In this document: in pieces, positions 10,708 to 20,567 of the stretch
Layout: every line of letters starts with the position of its first letter
Numbering within the stretch: position 1 is the first letter of the stretch
Assembly (NCBI GenBank): GCA_963663035.1
Contig: OY760074.1
Location: 2,912,001 to 2,976,000, forward strand
DNA: 64,000 nucleotides
Source: Acidobacteriota bacterium
Lineage (GTDB): Bacteria; Acidobacteriota; UBA6911; RPQK01; JADFOI01
Direction of reading: 5' to 3'
Notes under the pieces: model-generated
What the model was told of the DNA's origin: nothing
What the model saw: the letters and a program-made list of their open reading frames with translations, nothing else
Databases searched by the model: none
Position numbers and translations under genes: made by a program

Positions 10708-11346
10708 ATGAAGTGTATTCTTTGCGGAAAGAGGAAGGGGAAGCGATTCTGTCCCGCCAAGAACACTTCGATCTGTGCTCAGTGTTGCGGTGAAAAGCGG
10801 GTTGTCGAAATCCCTTGCCCATCGGATTGCGTTTTTCTCAGGACCGGTCACAGCTACCAGTCGATCAAAAAATACACGTCGCAACTCCGCCATGAGGAAG
10901 ATCCCCTCCGGCGCAGAAAACTCTACGAGACCGGCCAACAGTTTGGCCCTCTTTTTGGTGAGCTTGAAAGGACGATCATCGGTTACGCAGCCGATCTGAG
11001 AACCCTCACCGACCAGCATATTCTGGAGGCCGTGAGCTTGTTGAAGAAGACCTATCGGACCGAGCGAAAGGGTGTGATTTATGAGCACGACTCCACCAAT
11101 CCACTCGTGCAAGCTTTGTCTCGGGATCTAAGAGTTTCTCTGGAAAAGATCAGAACGGGACAGGAGGGTCAGTCGCCGAGCCTGAAGACGACTGATTTGT
11201 TGGACTGCCTGGAGGTTGTGGAGCACGACATCGGCTATCATCTCGAGGGGCTGATTGAACGAGGAAGTTACCTGGAATTTATTAAAAAGAATCATCCTGA
11301 AATTGCATCCAAAGCGGCCTCCAAAGGCAGCCTGATTCAGCCCTGA
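10708..11346 (+). CDS. Conserved hypothetical protein with a Cys-rich N-terminal zinc-finger-like region
   Basis: CxxC..CPA..ICxxCC..CPxxC pattern. Confidence 0.7.
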   Translation: MKCILCGKRKGKRFCPAKNTSICAQCCGEKRVVEIPCPSDCVFLRTGHSYQSIKKYTSQLRHEEDPLRRRKLYETGQQFGPLFGELERTIIGYAADLRTLTDQHILEAVSLLKKTYRTERKGVIYEHDSTNPLVQALSRDLRVSLEKIRTGQEGQSPSLKTTDLLDCLEVVEHDIGYHLEGLIERGSYLEFIKKNHPEIASKAASKGSLIQP

Positions 11347-11373
11347 GCCGAAGCTGATGCAACGAGGTTCAAC

Positions 11374-11844
11374 ATGCGATGCTATCTCGTCCAGCATGGA
11401 AAGTCGCAATCCAAGGCAGAGGATCCCTCACGATCACTGACAAAGGAAGGAATCGTTGAATCGACTCGCACCAGTGAGTTTCTCTCCCACATCGGCCTTT
11501 CTGTTTCTCTCATCCAGCACAGCGGCAAAGCTCGAGCCCAGCAAACGGCAACCATCCTGGCACGGGGCGTCAGGGGCCGGTCCGAACAGATCAAGGGCCT
11601 CGCTCCCCTGGACGATCCTGAACTCATGGCCGACTTGCTGGGCGGAACGTCTCATGATGTAATGCTGGTTGGACATCTCCCCCACCTGGAAAGCCTTGCT
11701 TCGATCCTCTTAACAGGGAGAGCCGACCAAAAGCCGGTCAGATTTCAAAACAGTGGTGTCCTGTGCCTGGAGAGGAACGAGGATAAGACCTGGTCTCTGG
11801 TGTGGCTGATCACTCCAGAACTTGTGGACGCGTCTGACTTCTAG
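11374..11844 (+). CDS. sixA: Phosphohistidine phosphatase SixA family
   Basis: YLVQHG, SGKARAQQTA and MLVGHLP motifs. Confidence 0.85.
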   Translation: MRCYLVQHGKSQSKAEDPSRSLTKEGIVESTRTSEFLSHIGLSVSLIQHSGKARAQQTATILARGVRGRSEQIKGLAPLDDPELMADLLGGTSHDVMLVGHLPHLESLASILLTGRADQKPVRFQNSGVLCLERNEDKTWSLVWLITPELVDASDF

Positions 11845-11847
11845 GAA

Positions 11848-12186
11848 TCAGACTCCAGCGGTGTAGGCACGGTCGATCTTTGCCGCCAGGATGAAGTCAC
11901 CTTCACTGAGGCCGTTTATTTTGTGGGTCCAGATCTTGACCTCGACCTTTCCCCAGGCCAGATAGAGGTCGGGATGGTGCCCCTCCTTTTCGGCAATCTC
12001 CCCCACCTGATTCAGAAAGTGGAGAGCGGTCTTGAAGTCTTTGGATTTGAAGGTCTTTTGAATATGATGATTCTCAAGCACTTCCCAGTCACTGACCTGT
12101 TCTGCAAGGGGTCTGATTTCCTCAGCGGTGAGAGGTGGAGTCCCTCCCCGGCAGGGCACACATTTTTTCTCGGCCAGCTCTGTCAT
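11848..12186 (-). CDS. phhB: Pterin-4a-carbinolamine dehydratase
   Basis: LAEKKCVPC, EGHHPDL, WTHKINGLSEGDFILAAKID. Start set at ATG 12186. Confidence 0.9.
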   Translation of the reverse strand: MTELAEKKCVPCRGGTPPLTAEEIRPLAEQVSDWEVLENHHIQKTFKSKDFKTALHFLNQVGEIAEKEGHHPDLYLAWGKVEVKIWTHKINGLSEGDFILAAKIDRAYTAGV

Positions 12187-12195
12187 TGGTTCTGA

Positions 12196-12321
12196 TGGCG
12201 GGTGTTCAGGCAGGTCTAGATCGAGGCCGCACAAGCCCTTCGACCGCAGGCGTAGCCGGAGCTACGTTGAGGATCGAAGGGCGCGGAGAACGAAGAGCTT
12301 GGCCTTCCTGGACAGCCGCCA
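12196..12321 (+). repeat. Rod-shaped palindromic element, type C, with the same core as the MITE family
   Basis: Ends TGGCGGGTGTTCAGG/CCTGGACAGCCGCCA, inner stem CCCTTCGA/TCGAAGGG, apical GCAGGCGTAGC-CGGA-GCTACGTTGAGGA. Confidence 0.7.
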
Positions 12322-12322
12322 C

Positions 12323-14332
12323 CTAGGGGGCTGTCAGGTCTACCAGATCGTTCTTGCTCTTCTTCTGAAGGACCATCTCTTCATAGTACTCACGAACCAT
12401 GGCCTCCTCTTTGGCTGCCTTCCTGCGCGCCATCTTCTCATCTCGCGCGGTTTGCGGTCGGTCGCCCTTATCTTTCATCCGGCTCGCATCCTTCGCATTG
12501 ATCTTCAGGGCGTGCTCGTAAGTGTCGAGGTCGACATCTTTGCCGCCGGCAAAGATCTCGTGACGACCTTGTTCCTTGTACCAGTTCGCGACGGTGGCAT
12601 TCATGTGCATGTGCTCAATGATGTTTCGCCATCCGTGGCCCGTATTATAGGCGCAGAAGGAAATTTCGCCTTCCTGGGTTGCATAGGGAATGATGCACAT
12701 CTCGGTACGGCGAAAGTCGTAATTGAACAAATCCTGAAACCACATACCGGCGACAAAGAGAAAGTTCCAGCGATCGTCACGACGATCCTTGGCCGCTGTG
12801 CCATAGTCCTTGCCCGACAAACCAAAGCTCTTATCAAACTTCTTGAGGAGATCCAGCAGGGTCAGCTGGGAAGGCGCTTGAAATGGTTTGTAGTTCTTGA
12901 GCAAGGCCAATCCCATCATGAGGTTGGAAAACCAGGTTTCTCGCCCCGCATCGGTGATCCCCTGCATATCCTTGACCAGTCCCGGGATATTGAGGAATTG
13001 TGGTACAGGGGCTGCTTCTTTGGTTTCCTTGTCAATCATCATGGCCGTACCGATGCCGCAGTTGGGATGGCAGCCACAGCTCACCTGGCCCCACTTGGCT
13101 GACGGTCCGTGCGCCTGATCCGCAAAATCAGCAAAGGCACCCATCAGGGACAGGGGGAACCAGTCTCTGGTGGGTTCGGTCAATCCAACCTGCGTTTTGA
13201 CATCCCTGGCCAGGTGGGACAAGGTATAACGCTGTCGGAGCCTTCGCTCGTCCGTGATTTCCTCATCCCGCCCGGTAAAGGACACCGGTTGAAAGGCAAT
13301 GAAAGCGATCTTCTTGGGGTTGTCCATCGCGAAGCGGATAATGGGTCCCACCTGATCATTGTTCACGTCGTTGACCAGGGTGATCACCAGGATGATCTCG
13401 ATTCCCGCTTCGTGGATGTTATTTATGGCACGCAGCTTGACATCGAACAGGTTGCCGATGTGGCGATGGCTGTTGGCATCGTTCCCAATCCCATCAAACT
13501 GCAGGTAGGCATAACGCAATCCCGCCTCGGCTGCTTTGCGGGCAAAGGTCTTGCTTTTGGCAAACTCAATTCCGTTGGTAGCAGCTTGCACGCTGTTGTA
13601 GCCGATTTTACGGGCATACTTGATGGCTCGGAAAAAGTGCGGGGAGATGGAAGGCTCACCACCTGAGAACTGCACCGACATCTGCCGTCTTGGTTTGATC
13701 TTCATGGAGTTGTCGAGTATCTCTTTGATTTCGCCCCACTCCAGTTCATGGACAAAACCCACCTGGTTGGCATCCATGAAGCAGGGATCGCACATCATAT
13801 TACAGCGGTTGGTCAGATCGACCGTGAGCACCGAACCGCGTCCATGCTTGATGGTACTGGACCCGTGGTCGTGCAGATCTTTGTCATTGTGAGTCCGAAT
13901 ATCGCGACCGGGAAAGTTTTCCTCAATCCAGCTCAAGAATTTGGTATCGATGGCCATCAAGTCTTCAAACTTTCCGTGCTGAGGACACTCTTTGATCATC
14001 CACACCTCTCCATCACGATCCACAATCTGGGCCTTGATTTCACCGACTTTCTCATCGATGAGGATCCGATAATCTTCTTCTCCGCTCAGAATCCTCTCAC
14101 GCGCTTCCACCACACACTTGGGACAGAGTGAATCCGTCTCACGCGGCCAACCCAGCTTGGGCTTGGTTTTCTCCCAGGATTTCAGCAAAGGTTTATCGGA
14201 CCATTTCGGGGTAAAGGAGGGTCTGGGTTTATATTTGTTGAAGAATTGAATGGAGTTGAAAGAAACTCGTGCCCCAAAACAGAGGGCCGTATCCATACAC
14301 TTCAACGCGTTTGTGGTTAAACTTGCTGGCAT
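12323..14332 (-). CDS. Radical SAM enzyme, homolog of tetraether lipid synthase (Tes/GDGT-MAS)
   Basis: N-terminal CPKC...CPQH metal site, CNMMCDPC radical SAM motif, FSGGEP, YLQFDG, FQPVSFTGR, CHPNC and CIIPY..FCAYN auxiliary-cluster cysteines. Confidence 0.85.
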   Translation of the reverse strand: MPASLTTNALKCMDTALCFGARVSFNSIQFFNKYKPRPSFTPKWSDKPLLKSWEKTKPKLGWPRETDSLCPKCVVEARERILSGEEDYRILIDEKVGEIKAQIVDRDGEVWMIKECPQHGKFEDLMAIDTKFLSWIEENFPGRDIRTHNDKDLHDHGSSTIKHGRGSVLTVDLTNRCNMMCDPCFMDANQVGFVHELEWGEIKEILDNSMKIKPRRQMSVQFSGGEPSISPHFFRAIKYARKIGYNSVQAATNGIEFAKSKTFARKAAEAGLRYAYLQFDGIGNDANSHRHIGNLFDVKLRAINNIHEAGIEIILVITLVNDVNNDQVGPIIRFAMDNPKKIAFIAFQPVSFTGRDEEITDERRLRQRYTLSHLARDVKTQVGLTEPTRDWFPLSLMGAFADFADQAHGPSAKWGQVSCGCHPNCGIGTAMMIDKETKEAAPVPQFLNIPGLVKDMQGITDAGRETWFSNLMMGLALLKNYKPFQAPSQLTLLDLLKKFDKSFGLSGKDYGTAAKDRRDDRWNFLFVAGMWFQDLFNYDFRRTEMCIIPYATQEGEISFCAYNTGHGWRNIIEHMHMNATVANWYKEQGRHEIFAGGKDVDLDTYEHALKINAKDASRMKDKGDRPQTARDEKMARRKAAKEEAMVREYYEEMVLQKKSKNDLVDLTAP

Positions 14333-14582
14333 AAGTCAAGATCCTTTCTCTTTTATACCTTATTAATCAGCGAGCATCTACTTCAAGTGAGCACAATACA
14401 CTCATGGAAGATACAAGTATGTTGTGGTTGCCAGGGATCGTCAACCCTGGTGAGGGGCAGGGGGTGGTCCAGTCTACTTTTTTTGGAAAAATTGATCCCA
14501 TCCCAAAAAACCGCACTTAAAAGAACAATTTGGTGTAAAATCAGGTGATCAAGCACCATTAACAGAAGGAGACCGAATTAGG

Positions 14583-15179
14583 ATGCTGACTTTAACCGAT
14601 ACAGCCAAAGAGCAGATCTCATCCTCCCTTGCCCAACAGGAGGATAAAACCGCCCTGCGGGTGGAGGCTAACACCAATGGTACCAGTGAGTTCTCGTACG
14701 GCATGAAGCTTATCGGCCAGGAAGACAGGACCCCTGAAGATATCATTGTGGAAGGCCAAGAGTTCCAGATTGTCATTGACCCCAAGAGTGCGGAGTACTT
14801 GAAAGGGGCGACCATTGATTACGAAGACAAGATCGTTAAGAGCGGCTTCAAGTTTCAGAACCCCAACAAGCCGGAGGTCCCCAAGTTAGGTGACGGTCCT
14901 CGAAGTGACCTCACTGGACCCGTCGCAGAAAAGGTACAGAGATTGCTCGATTCCGAGCTGAATCCGGCTGTGGCCGCCCATGGCGGAAAGATTCAGTTGG
15001 TGGGAATTCGGGACAACAAGGTCTACTTGAGTTTCGGAGGCGGTTGCCACGGTTGCGGTATGGTGGACGTCACTCTCAAGCAGGGTGTCGAGCAAAGACT
15101 GAGAGATCTCATCCCTGAAATTGAGGAAGTGGTCGACACGACCGACCACAGCACCGGCGAGAATCCCTTCTACACTTGA
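14583..15179 (+). CDS. nfuA: Fe-S cluster carrier, NfuA type (degenerate HesB/IscA domain plus NifU C-terminal domain)
   Basis: GFKFQNPN; LNPAVAAHGG, GGCHGC and TLKQGVE motifs. Confidence 0.85.
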   Translation: MLTLTDTAKEQISSSLAQQEDKTALRVEANTNGTSEFSYGMKLIGQEDRTPEDIIVEGQEFQIVIDPKSAEYLKGATIDYEDKIVKSGFKFQNPNKPEVPKLGDGPRSDLTGPVAEKVQRLLDSELNPAVAAHGGKIQLVGIRDNKVYLSFGGGCHGCGMVDVTLKQGVEQRLRDLIPEIEEVVDTTDHSTGENPFYT

Positions 15180-15266
15180 GCTGGACTTTTTTCACTCAAT
15201 GGATAGAAATCTTGTCTTGACAGCTGTGTTTTGATATAAATCCAAGCTTCTGAGGTCCAGCCCATA

Positions 15267-16439
15267 ATGAATAGAAAACCACTTTTGCTCGTTCTTTTAC
15301 TTCCTTTTTTGTTCCTTTCGGCCTGTGGCGGCGAAGCCACAACGGCAACTTTTAATCGTATTGCGAATAATCGAACTGTCACCATTGGCTCAGTGCCCTT
15401 CGAAGCACCGTTACTGTATCAAGATGGCCAGAACTGGGTGGGACCGGATGCTGAGTTGGGTTGGCTGATCGTGGAAAGGATACGAGAAGATGTTGACGGG
15501 GGAGAAAATGCGGCCGAGATTGAAGGCCGGTTTATCGGCATGCAGCACGAAACTCTGGCCACCGCGTTAGAGGGTTCAGAGGTGGATATGGTTCTGGGTG
15601 TCTTTGGAATCACAGAGGAGCGAAAAGAGAAAGTTTTATTCTCCGAACCTTATCACAGCTTGGAACTCGTTCTCAGCATCAACCCTGTCTACAGCGACCT
15701 GAGTCCCGATTCCCTGGCCGGGGAGGATATTGGAGTTCGGCAGGGAACTGCCGTCGAGCAATTTGTGGAGGGGAAGTACCAGGATAGTACTATCGTTCCC
15801 TTCAAAACCCTTGACGACGCCATTTTAGCCCTCAGGAGGGGCGAGATCAGTGGAGTGATTGATGATCAGTACATGTCCGCTTATTCCCTGGATACGGTGC
15901 CCGGTGTATCTCACCTGGAACTCCTCCCGACAATAGTCGGGACAGTGGATTGTGCGGTTGCTGTGCAAAAAAAAGATACCCGTCTGCTGGAAATGGTGAA
16001 TGAAGTCATTGCCCAACTGCAGGCTGACGAGACCTATTCACAGTTGCTTGAGGGGGAACCTGAGGCTCAGTTAGCTCGGGTAATAGAGCGCCGTCCGGAG
16101 CGAGTGGAAAACGAGCGCCTGGCGGTGGAGCCCCGCAGCCTGGTCATCCAGATTAGCAAGGATGACAACTACGATTTTGACATCTATCGAATGGCCAACT
16201 TGAATATCACTCTCACCGAACAGGAAACTGGTCAGTCATTCACTTCCTCCCGGATCGATTTTCAGAGTAGCACGGGAGTCAGCGGCATCAAGGTTCCACC
16301 GGGCAGTTATAAGCTCGTGATCCCTAGAATGAACAACTGGTCTCCCGGCATAGTTGTCGTTCAGCCCTCCGATCCGAATCGGTTGACCATCCGCATTCGG
16401 CTGCAAATGGGAGGACAAGTGAGGATGACCAGAAGCTAG
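15267..16439 (+). CDS. Polar amino-acid ABC-type substrate-binding lipoprotein (family 3) with a C-terminal extension
   Basis: Lipobox LSAC, GITEERKEKVLFSEPY and IGVRQGT. About 110 extra C-terminal aa; no cognate permease nearby. Confidence 0.75.
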   Translation: MNRKPLLLVLLLPFLFLSACGGEATTATFNRIANNRTVTIGSVPFEAPLLYQDGQNWVGPDAELGWLIVERIREDVDGGENAAEIEGRFIGMQHETLATALEGSEVDMVLGVFGITEERKEKVLFSEPYHSLELVLSINPVYSDLSPDSLAGEDIGVRQGTAVEQFVEGKYQDSTIVPFKTLDDAILALRRGEISGVIDDQYMSAYSLDTVPGVSHLELLPTIVGTVDCAVAVQKKDTRLLEMVNEVIAQLQADETYSQLLEGEPEAQLARVIERRPERVENERLAVEPRSLVIQISKDDNYDFDIYRMANLNITLTEQETGQSFTSSRIDFQSSTGVSGIKVPPGSYKLVIPRMNNWSPGIVVVQPSDPNRLTIRIRLQMGGQVRMTRS

Positions 16440-16449
16440 TTAATCTTAG

Positions 16450-16705
16450 CCCGCACTTCTCACACCCGCTCTACTACAGCGTCGCAATGATCCGACCTGA
16501 CTGCGTTGCACGACCCGCAAGCGGGTACCCCTCACCTCCTCAACGTACTCAAGAGTACGTTTGCGGGGGGCCGACCCGTGGCGGGTACCCCTCGCGCGCC
16601 AGTCGGAGCCGCAGGCTTTAGCCTGCGGGCCCGTGGGCTAAAGCCCACGGCTCTGTTTTCCGGCCCTTCCGCCGCTTCGTGACGACCTGGTGTGAGAACC
16701 GCGGG
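16450..16705 (-). mobile_element. Structured MITE-like element, type B, 256 bp, with a nested REP doublet
   Basis: TIR CCCGCACTTCTCACACC/GGTGTGAGAACCGCGGG, flanks TTAG/CTTG. Core shared with type A. Confidence 0.8.
16605..16654. repeat. Inverted pair of REP-like palindromes (REPIN-like)
   Basis: GGAG-CCGCAGGC-TTTA-GCCTGCGG, and on the opposite strand AGAG-CCGTGGGC-TTTA-GCCCACGG. Confidence 0.7.
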
Positions 16706-16709
16706 CTTG

Positions 16710-16735
16710 CCCGCACTTCTCACACCCGCTCTACT
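16710..16735 (-). repeat. Truncated tandem copy of the type B end
   Basis: CCCGCACTTCTCACACCCGCTCTACT is identical to 16450-16475 and lies 4 bp after the full copy. Confidence 0.75.
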
Positions 16736-16760
16736 TCCTTTCTGATACACTTTTCTTAAG

Positions 16761-16905
16761 CCGGGATTATTCATAGGTTTTCGTGACGAAGTGCCGCAGG
16801 CGCCGCGATGACAAGGCGTGCAAGGAGTACCCGCTTGCGGGTCGCACAACGTAGCCAGCGTGGATGATTGCGGCACTGCAGTAGAAAACTTATGCATAAT
16901 ACCGG
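16761..16905 (+). mobile_element. Structured MITE-like element, type A, 145 bp
   Basis: TIR CCGGGATTATTCATA/TATGCATAATACCGG, flanks TAAG/CTAG. Confidence 0.85.
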
Positions 16906-16920
16906 CTAGAGGACTGACTG

Positions 16921-16948
16921 GGAACTTTTTCCTTCCCGGGAAATCTAA
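16921..16948 (+). promoter_or_regulatory. ECF sigma (RpoE-type) promoter, probably autoregulatory
   Basis: GGAACT-N17-TCTAA directly upstream of the ECF sigma gene. Confidence 0.65.
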
Positions 16949-16984
16949 TTAAAGGTAAGAACCGAAACCAAGCAGGGCTGTTTC

Positions 16985-17611
16985 ATGGCTGAACTGACTC
17001 GTTCCATCCATCCAAGGGCAGGATTTGAGGAAGCAGAAGGTCTCGTCCTGCGTTTGAAGGAAAGGGACGAGGCAGCTTTCGAGGAAGTGTTTCTGCTGTA
17101 CAAGGATCTGATCTTCAATCTCTCTTTCAGCATGTTGGCAGATAAGTCTGAAGCGATGGACATCACCCAGGAAGTCTTTCTCACCCTTTACCGGAAAATT
17201 CACCGATTCCGTGGAGAGTGCAGTTTGAAGACATGGCTTTATCGCGTTGCTCTCAACCAGGTCGCTAATCGCAATCGGTGGTGGAGACGGCGCTTTCGAC
17301 ATCGAACGATCTCCTTGGACTTGAACCCAACGCTTGAGCAGCAAAAGAGTGTAGATCCGATTTCGGATGGTCCCGGGCCGGACCGGCGGCTACTCTCTGT
17401 GGAAGTGAGAAAGGCCCTTCGAGAGGGCTTGGATCAGCTTCCATTTGACCAGCGAGCCGCCGTGACCTTGCGGGACATGCATGGATTGAGGTACCAGGAG
17501 ATCGCTGACGTAATGGGAGCCAACATGGGAACCGTGAAATCACGCATTGTTCGTGGTCGAGGGACACTGAGGGAGTTCTTGAAACCCTATTGGGGAAGAG
17601 GGGCTGTATGA
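16985..17611 (+). CDS. ECF RNA polymerase sigma factor
   Basis: Region 2 (DITQEVF, KTWLYRVALN) and region 4 (YQEIADVMGANMGTVKSRI). Confidence 0.93.
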   Translation: MAELTRSIHPRAGFEEAEGLVLRLKERDEAAFEEVFLLYKDLIFNLSFSMLADKSEAMDITQEVFLTLYRKIHRFRGECSLKTWLYRVALNQVANRNRWWRRRFRHRTISLDLNPTLEQQKSVDPISDGPGPDRRLLSVEVRKALREGLDQLPFDQRAAVTLRDMHGLRYQEIADVMGANMGTVKSRIVRGRGTLREFLKPYWGRGAV

Positions 17612-18339
17612 CCTGTCGAGAATTACGCCAAAGGATTCACGAGTTTCTGGATGGCGAGTTGCCGCCCAAAGACTTCGCTGTCTTGAACGAGCATCTTCAG
17701 CAATGTGCCGGGTGCCAGCGGTACCACGATGAGTTCACTTGGGTCACAGAAGCCCTCTCCTTCGAACGCCTACCCCAGTCGGTACAAGAGGCACTCTGGA
17801 AACGTGTCAAGAGCCGGGCTGAGGCCAATTTTAAAACACGAATTTGGGGACTTTGGGACGACTTCCGCACTTTCTGGCGTGACCTGGATCGCAGCCTCTT
17901 GTGGTCGAAACTGACAGCTGCACCGGTCACTTTGGCATTCTTTGTGGCCATTTTGACCCAGTTTGGACAGGTCGATTTTCAGGACTGGACCTATCCAATG
18001 ATGGCCACTGTTTCGCCCTCCTCAAGTCCTGTCTCGGGACCGAAGATTATTCAGGTTTCCGTTCGCTATAGGGGTACGGAAATAGAAGAGCTCATGAGCG
18101 CAGTGTGGAAGATGCCCTTCGAGGACTCCTTGTCTTTGGTGGCCGCAATCACACCAGAAGGCTTCGCTGAAGTTGGAGATGTTTTGGAATACCCAAAGAG
18201 TCAGGAGCTTCTCAGAGCCATTTCTCTGACTCTCCGGGGCAGCCAGTTTCAGCCGGCAGGCGGGCAGAGTCTCGACCACCCTTTTGTGATTTATTCCTTC
18301 CAGAAAGTCGACGTTTACGAAGATTACAGAGGGCTTTGA
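17608..18339 (+). CDS. Anti-sigma factor with a zf-HC2 domain and a transmembrane segment
   Basis: MTC...HLQQCAGC (HxxxCxxC). ATGA overlap with the sigma stop. Confidence 0.88.
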   Translation: MTCRELRQRIHEFLDGELPPKDFAVLNEHLQQCAGCQRYHDEFTWVTEALSFERLPQSVQEALWKRVKSRAEANFKTRIWGLWDDFRTFWRDLDRSLLWSKLTAAPVTLAFFVAILTQFGQVDFQDWTYPMMATVSPSSSPVSGPKIIQVSVRYRGTEIEELMSAVWKMPFEDSLSLVAAITPEGFAEVGDVLEYPKSQELLRAISLTLRGSQFQPAGGQSLDHPFVIYSFQKVDVYEDYRGL

Positions 18340-20539
18340 TTACCGGATTGATACGGTTGTCTTGCTGGTCGCAATGTTGCCCACAGAGTCGACTACGCGC
18401 AGGGTGATGGCATGCTCACCTGGCTCCAGGCTGGCAATCCCAACCGTATACTCTTCGGAATCACTATCAGCGATTCCATCTTCCGGGAAGAGAATGTTCC
18501 ACTCTCCCGCATCGACTGAATACTCGGCTTGGTAGATGACACTTCCGCTGGTGTGAGCACTGAATTGCAAGGTAGCCTGAGTTCCCTCCACTTGAGGGGG
18601 GCTCAGTTCCAGGGCCGGGGACGCATTGGCGATCACAAAGGACTTGCTGACCAGTTCACCTTCCAATGCTTGTGCTGCCGGGTTACTGGCACGGTCCGAG
18701 ACCACGACTTTGACGAAGTAAACTCCATCGGGAAAGCTCACTCCATCGAAGGTGTAGTAGGCCGCATACAGGCCTTCTTCTAAAAGCTTCCATGTGTTCT
18801 CGTCCCGGCTACGATAAGAAAGAGAGTAGGTGAGGTCATCACCGTTCAGGTCTTCTGCAGTCCAGGAGATACTCTGGGCACCTGCAGAAAAGACCTGACG
18901 AGGGGGTAGCTGATCTGCTGGCGTGCCTAAATCACGGACCGCTCGGGGCAGCGAGCGAAGGTGCGCTTGGCCGGGACCACCGGGGGAAACTCCACCAGCA
19001 GGATTGGGGATGACTGTTCGGATAAAAGCCACTCCAGGGGCATGAATGGTAAGAGAGGTGAGTTGAGGAGACCTGTTGCGCTGGATATAACTGACTGTCA
19101 CTGATTCAACGGCATTGCGCTGCGACGTCAAGGCTGTGGCCTCTCCCTCTTGGAGGAATTCCATTTTCCACTGCAGGAATCGAGCCGGAACACTTTCAAT
19201 GTGGCTCCCAGCGGGGTCACTGGTAGGAAGCACTCCAGTCGCTCCAGGTCTGGTCCGGAACTTCGGTATTGCCCGAGCGGGTGTAGACTTTGACGGCTCG
19301 ATAAGTGGAATTGCTCATCCGCCACTCAATCACTCCCCACGAGGCAAGCATGGTGGCGTCCAGGACTTTCGACTCGTACACACCATCGCTCGAGGTGCGG
19401 GACAGCAATTGGAACACCCGGCCCAGATTGCTGGTTGCGGCGTAGATTGTCCCCTGCCACTCGAGCAGTTGAGTGACCTGTTCCTCCGAAGTCTGGGTCA
19501 GAAAGGTTACGAATTTTCGGGGGTCAATCGAGATGATTCGTCCCTTGTTTCCCGTGCCCACCAGCAAATTGCCATTGTCTCGCATGAGCAAATCAAAGGC
19601 CAGTTCATCATTGGAAGCGTAGAGAAGATCAACCAAACCTCCCTTATCAACCTTATAAATCTCCAGCACTGACCCATTTTCCGTCCCCGAAATTTTCAGT
19701 GTGACCTCTCCAGCAGCTGTCCGGGATAACTACCGTGATGTCTGAGCAGGGGACTGAAGGACAGCCTCATTGTCCCCGTCCTCTGGCCTCGAGACTGCAG
19801 CTGCATAGATATTTCCATACCGATCCACTGTAAGGGCTTTGATCTCCTGGAGAGGTGAGTCGTAGATCACGAAGGGCGATCCGTTGGAGGAAATGCGAAA
19901 CAGTAAACCTCCCGGGGCAGTTCCCGCCAAAAGCTTTCCCTCCAGATCCCACTCCAGAGCGGTAATGTGGGTCTGCCCGCTGTCGTAGAAAACACCGCCC
20001 TCTCCCTGTGGATTGACCTTGTAGATCACTCCTGCGGGTCCGGTTCCAACGAAGAGATTATTCTGAGCATCCATGGCCAGAGTCCAAATGTACTTTTCGC
20101 CTGGATCAAAGAAGACTTGAGCTTCTCCTCGATCGTTCACTCGGTACACTTTGCCATCAGGTCCAGCCCCAGCATAAATTCGGTCCGTGGAGTCAACTGC
20201 CAAGGCATAGACCCCAGGATATTCCAGCCGGGCCCATTCTGCTCCACGCCCGCTGGAATCGACACGAAAGATCTTTCCATTATTCCCGCTACCCAGATAG
20301 AGGTTACCGGCCTTATCCATGACTGCAGAATAGATGAAGGCTTCTTCACTATCGAGCACCTGTTCAATGGCTGGTGCCAAAATCAGTTTTCCGTCGCTGG
20401 TGACGGAAACTCCATTTAATTCACCCTGGAGAAATTCACTCTGTTGGGAGGTCGTCCAGCGGACGGGCTGAGTGGCTTCCAGGAGAAGACCCGAAACAAG
20501 CAAGAAGGTCGCAAATCCTAGAAGACGTCTGTAATTCAT
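18340..20539 (-). pseudogene. Exported beta-propeller/Ig-like protein (usual partner of SpoIVB S55), disrupted
   Basis: Three consecutive ORF pieces. An in-frame TAG at 19730-19732 is followed by continued coding, and there is a +1 frameshift near 19221 (TAC C AGT GAC). Confidence 0.8.
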
Positions 20540-20567
20540 CTCTTTAAAGTGTTTGGAAGATTCGTGT

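Noticed and set aside
12128-13102. Long antisense ORFs (also 45910-46848, 31827-32591, 54060-54830)
   Set aside because: These are shadows of well-supported genes on the opposite strand, with no motifs of their own.
16532-16897. Recurrent small ORFs containing MHK.STAVPQSSTLTALCDPQAG
   Set aside because: They are translations of the repeat element with variable frames and ends; the conservation pattern fits base pairing, not coding.
19730-19732. In-frame TAG as pyrrolysine or stop-codon reassignment (also 58685-58687)
   Set aside because: Both genes carry additional lesions, many intact genes here end in TAG, and no pyl genes are visible.
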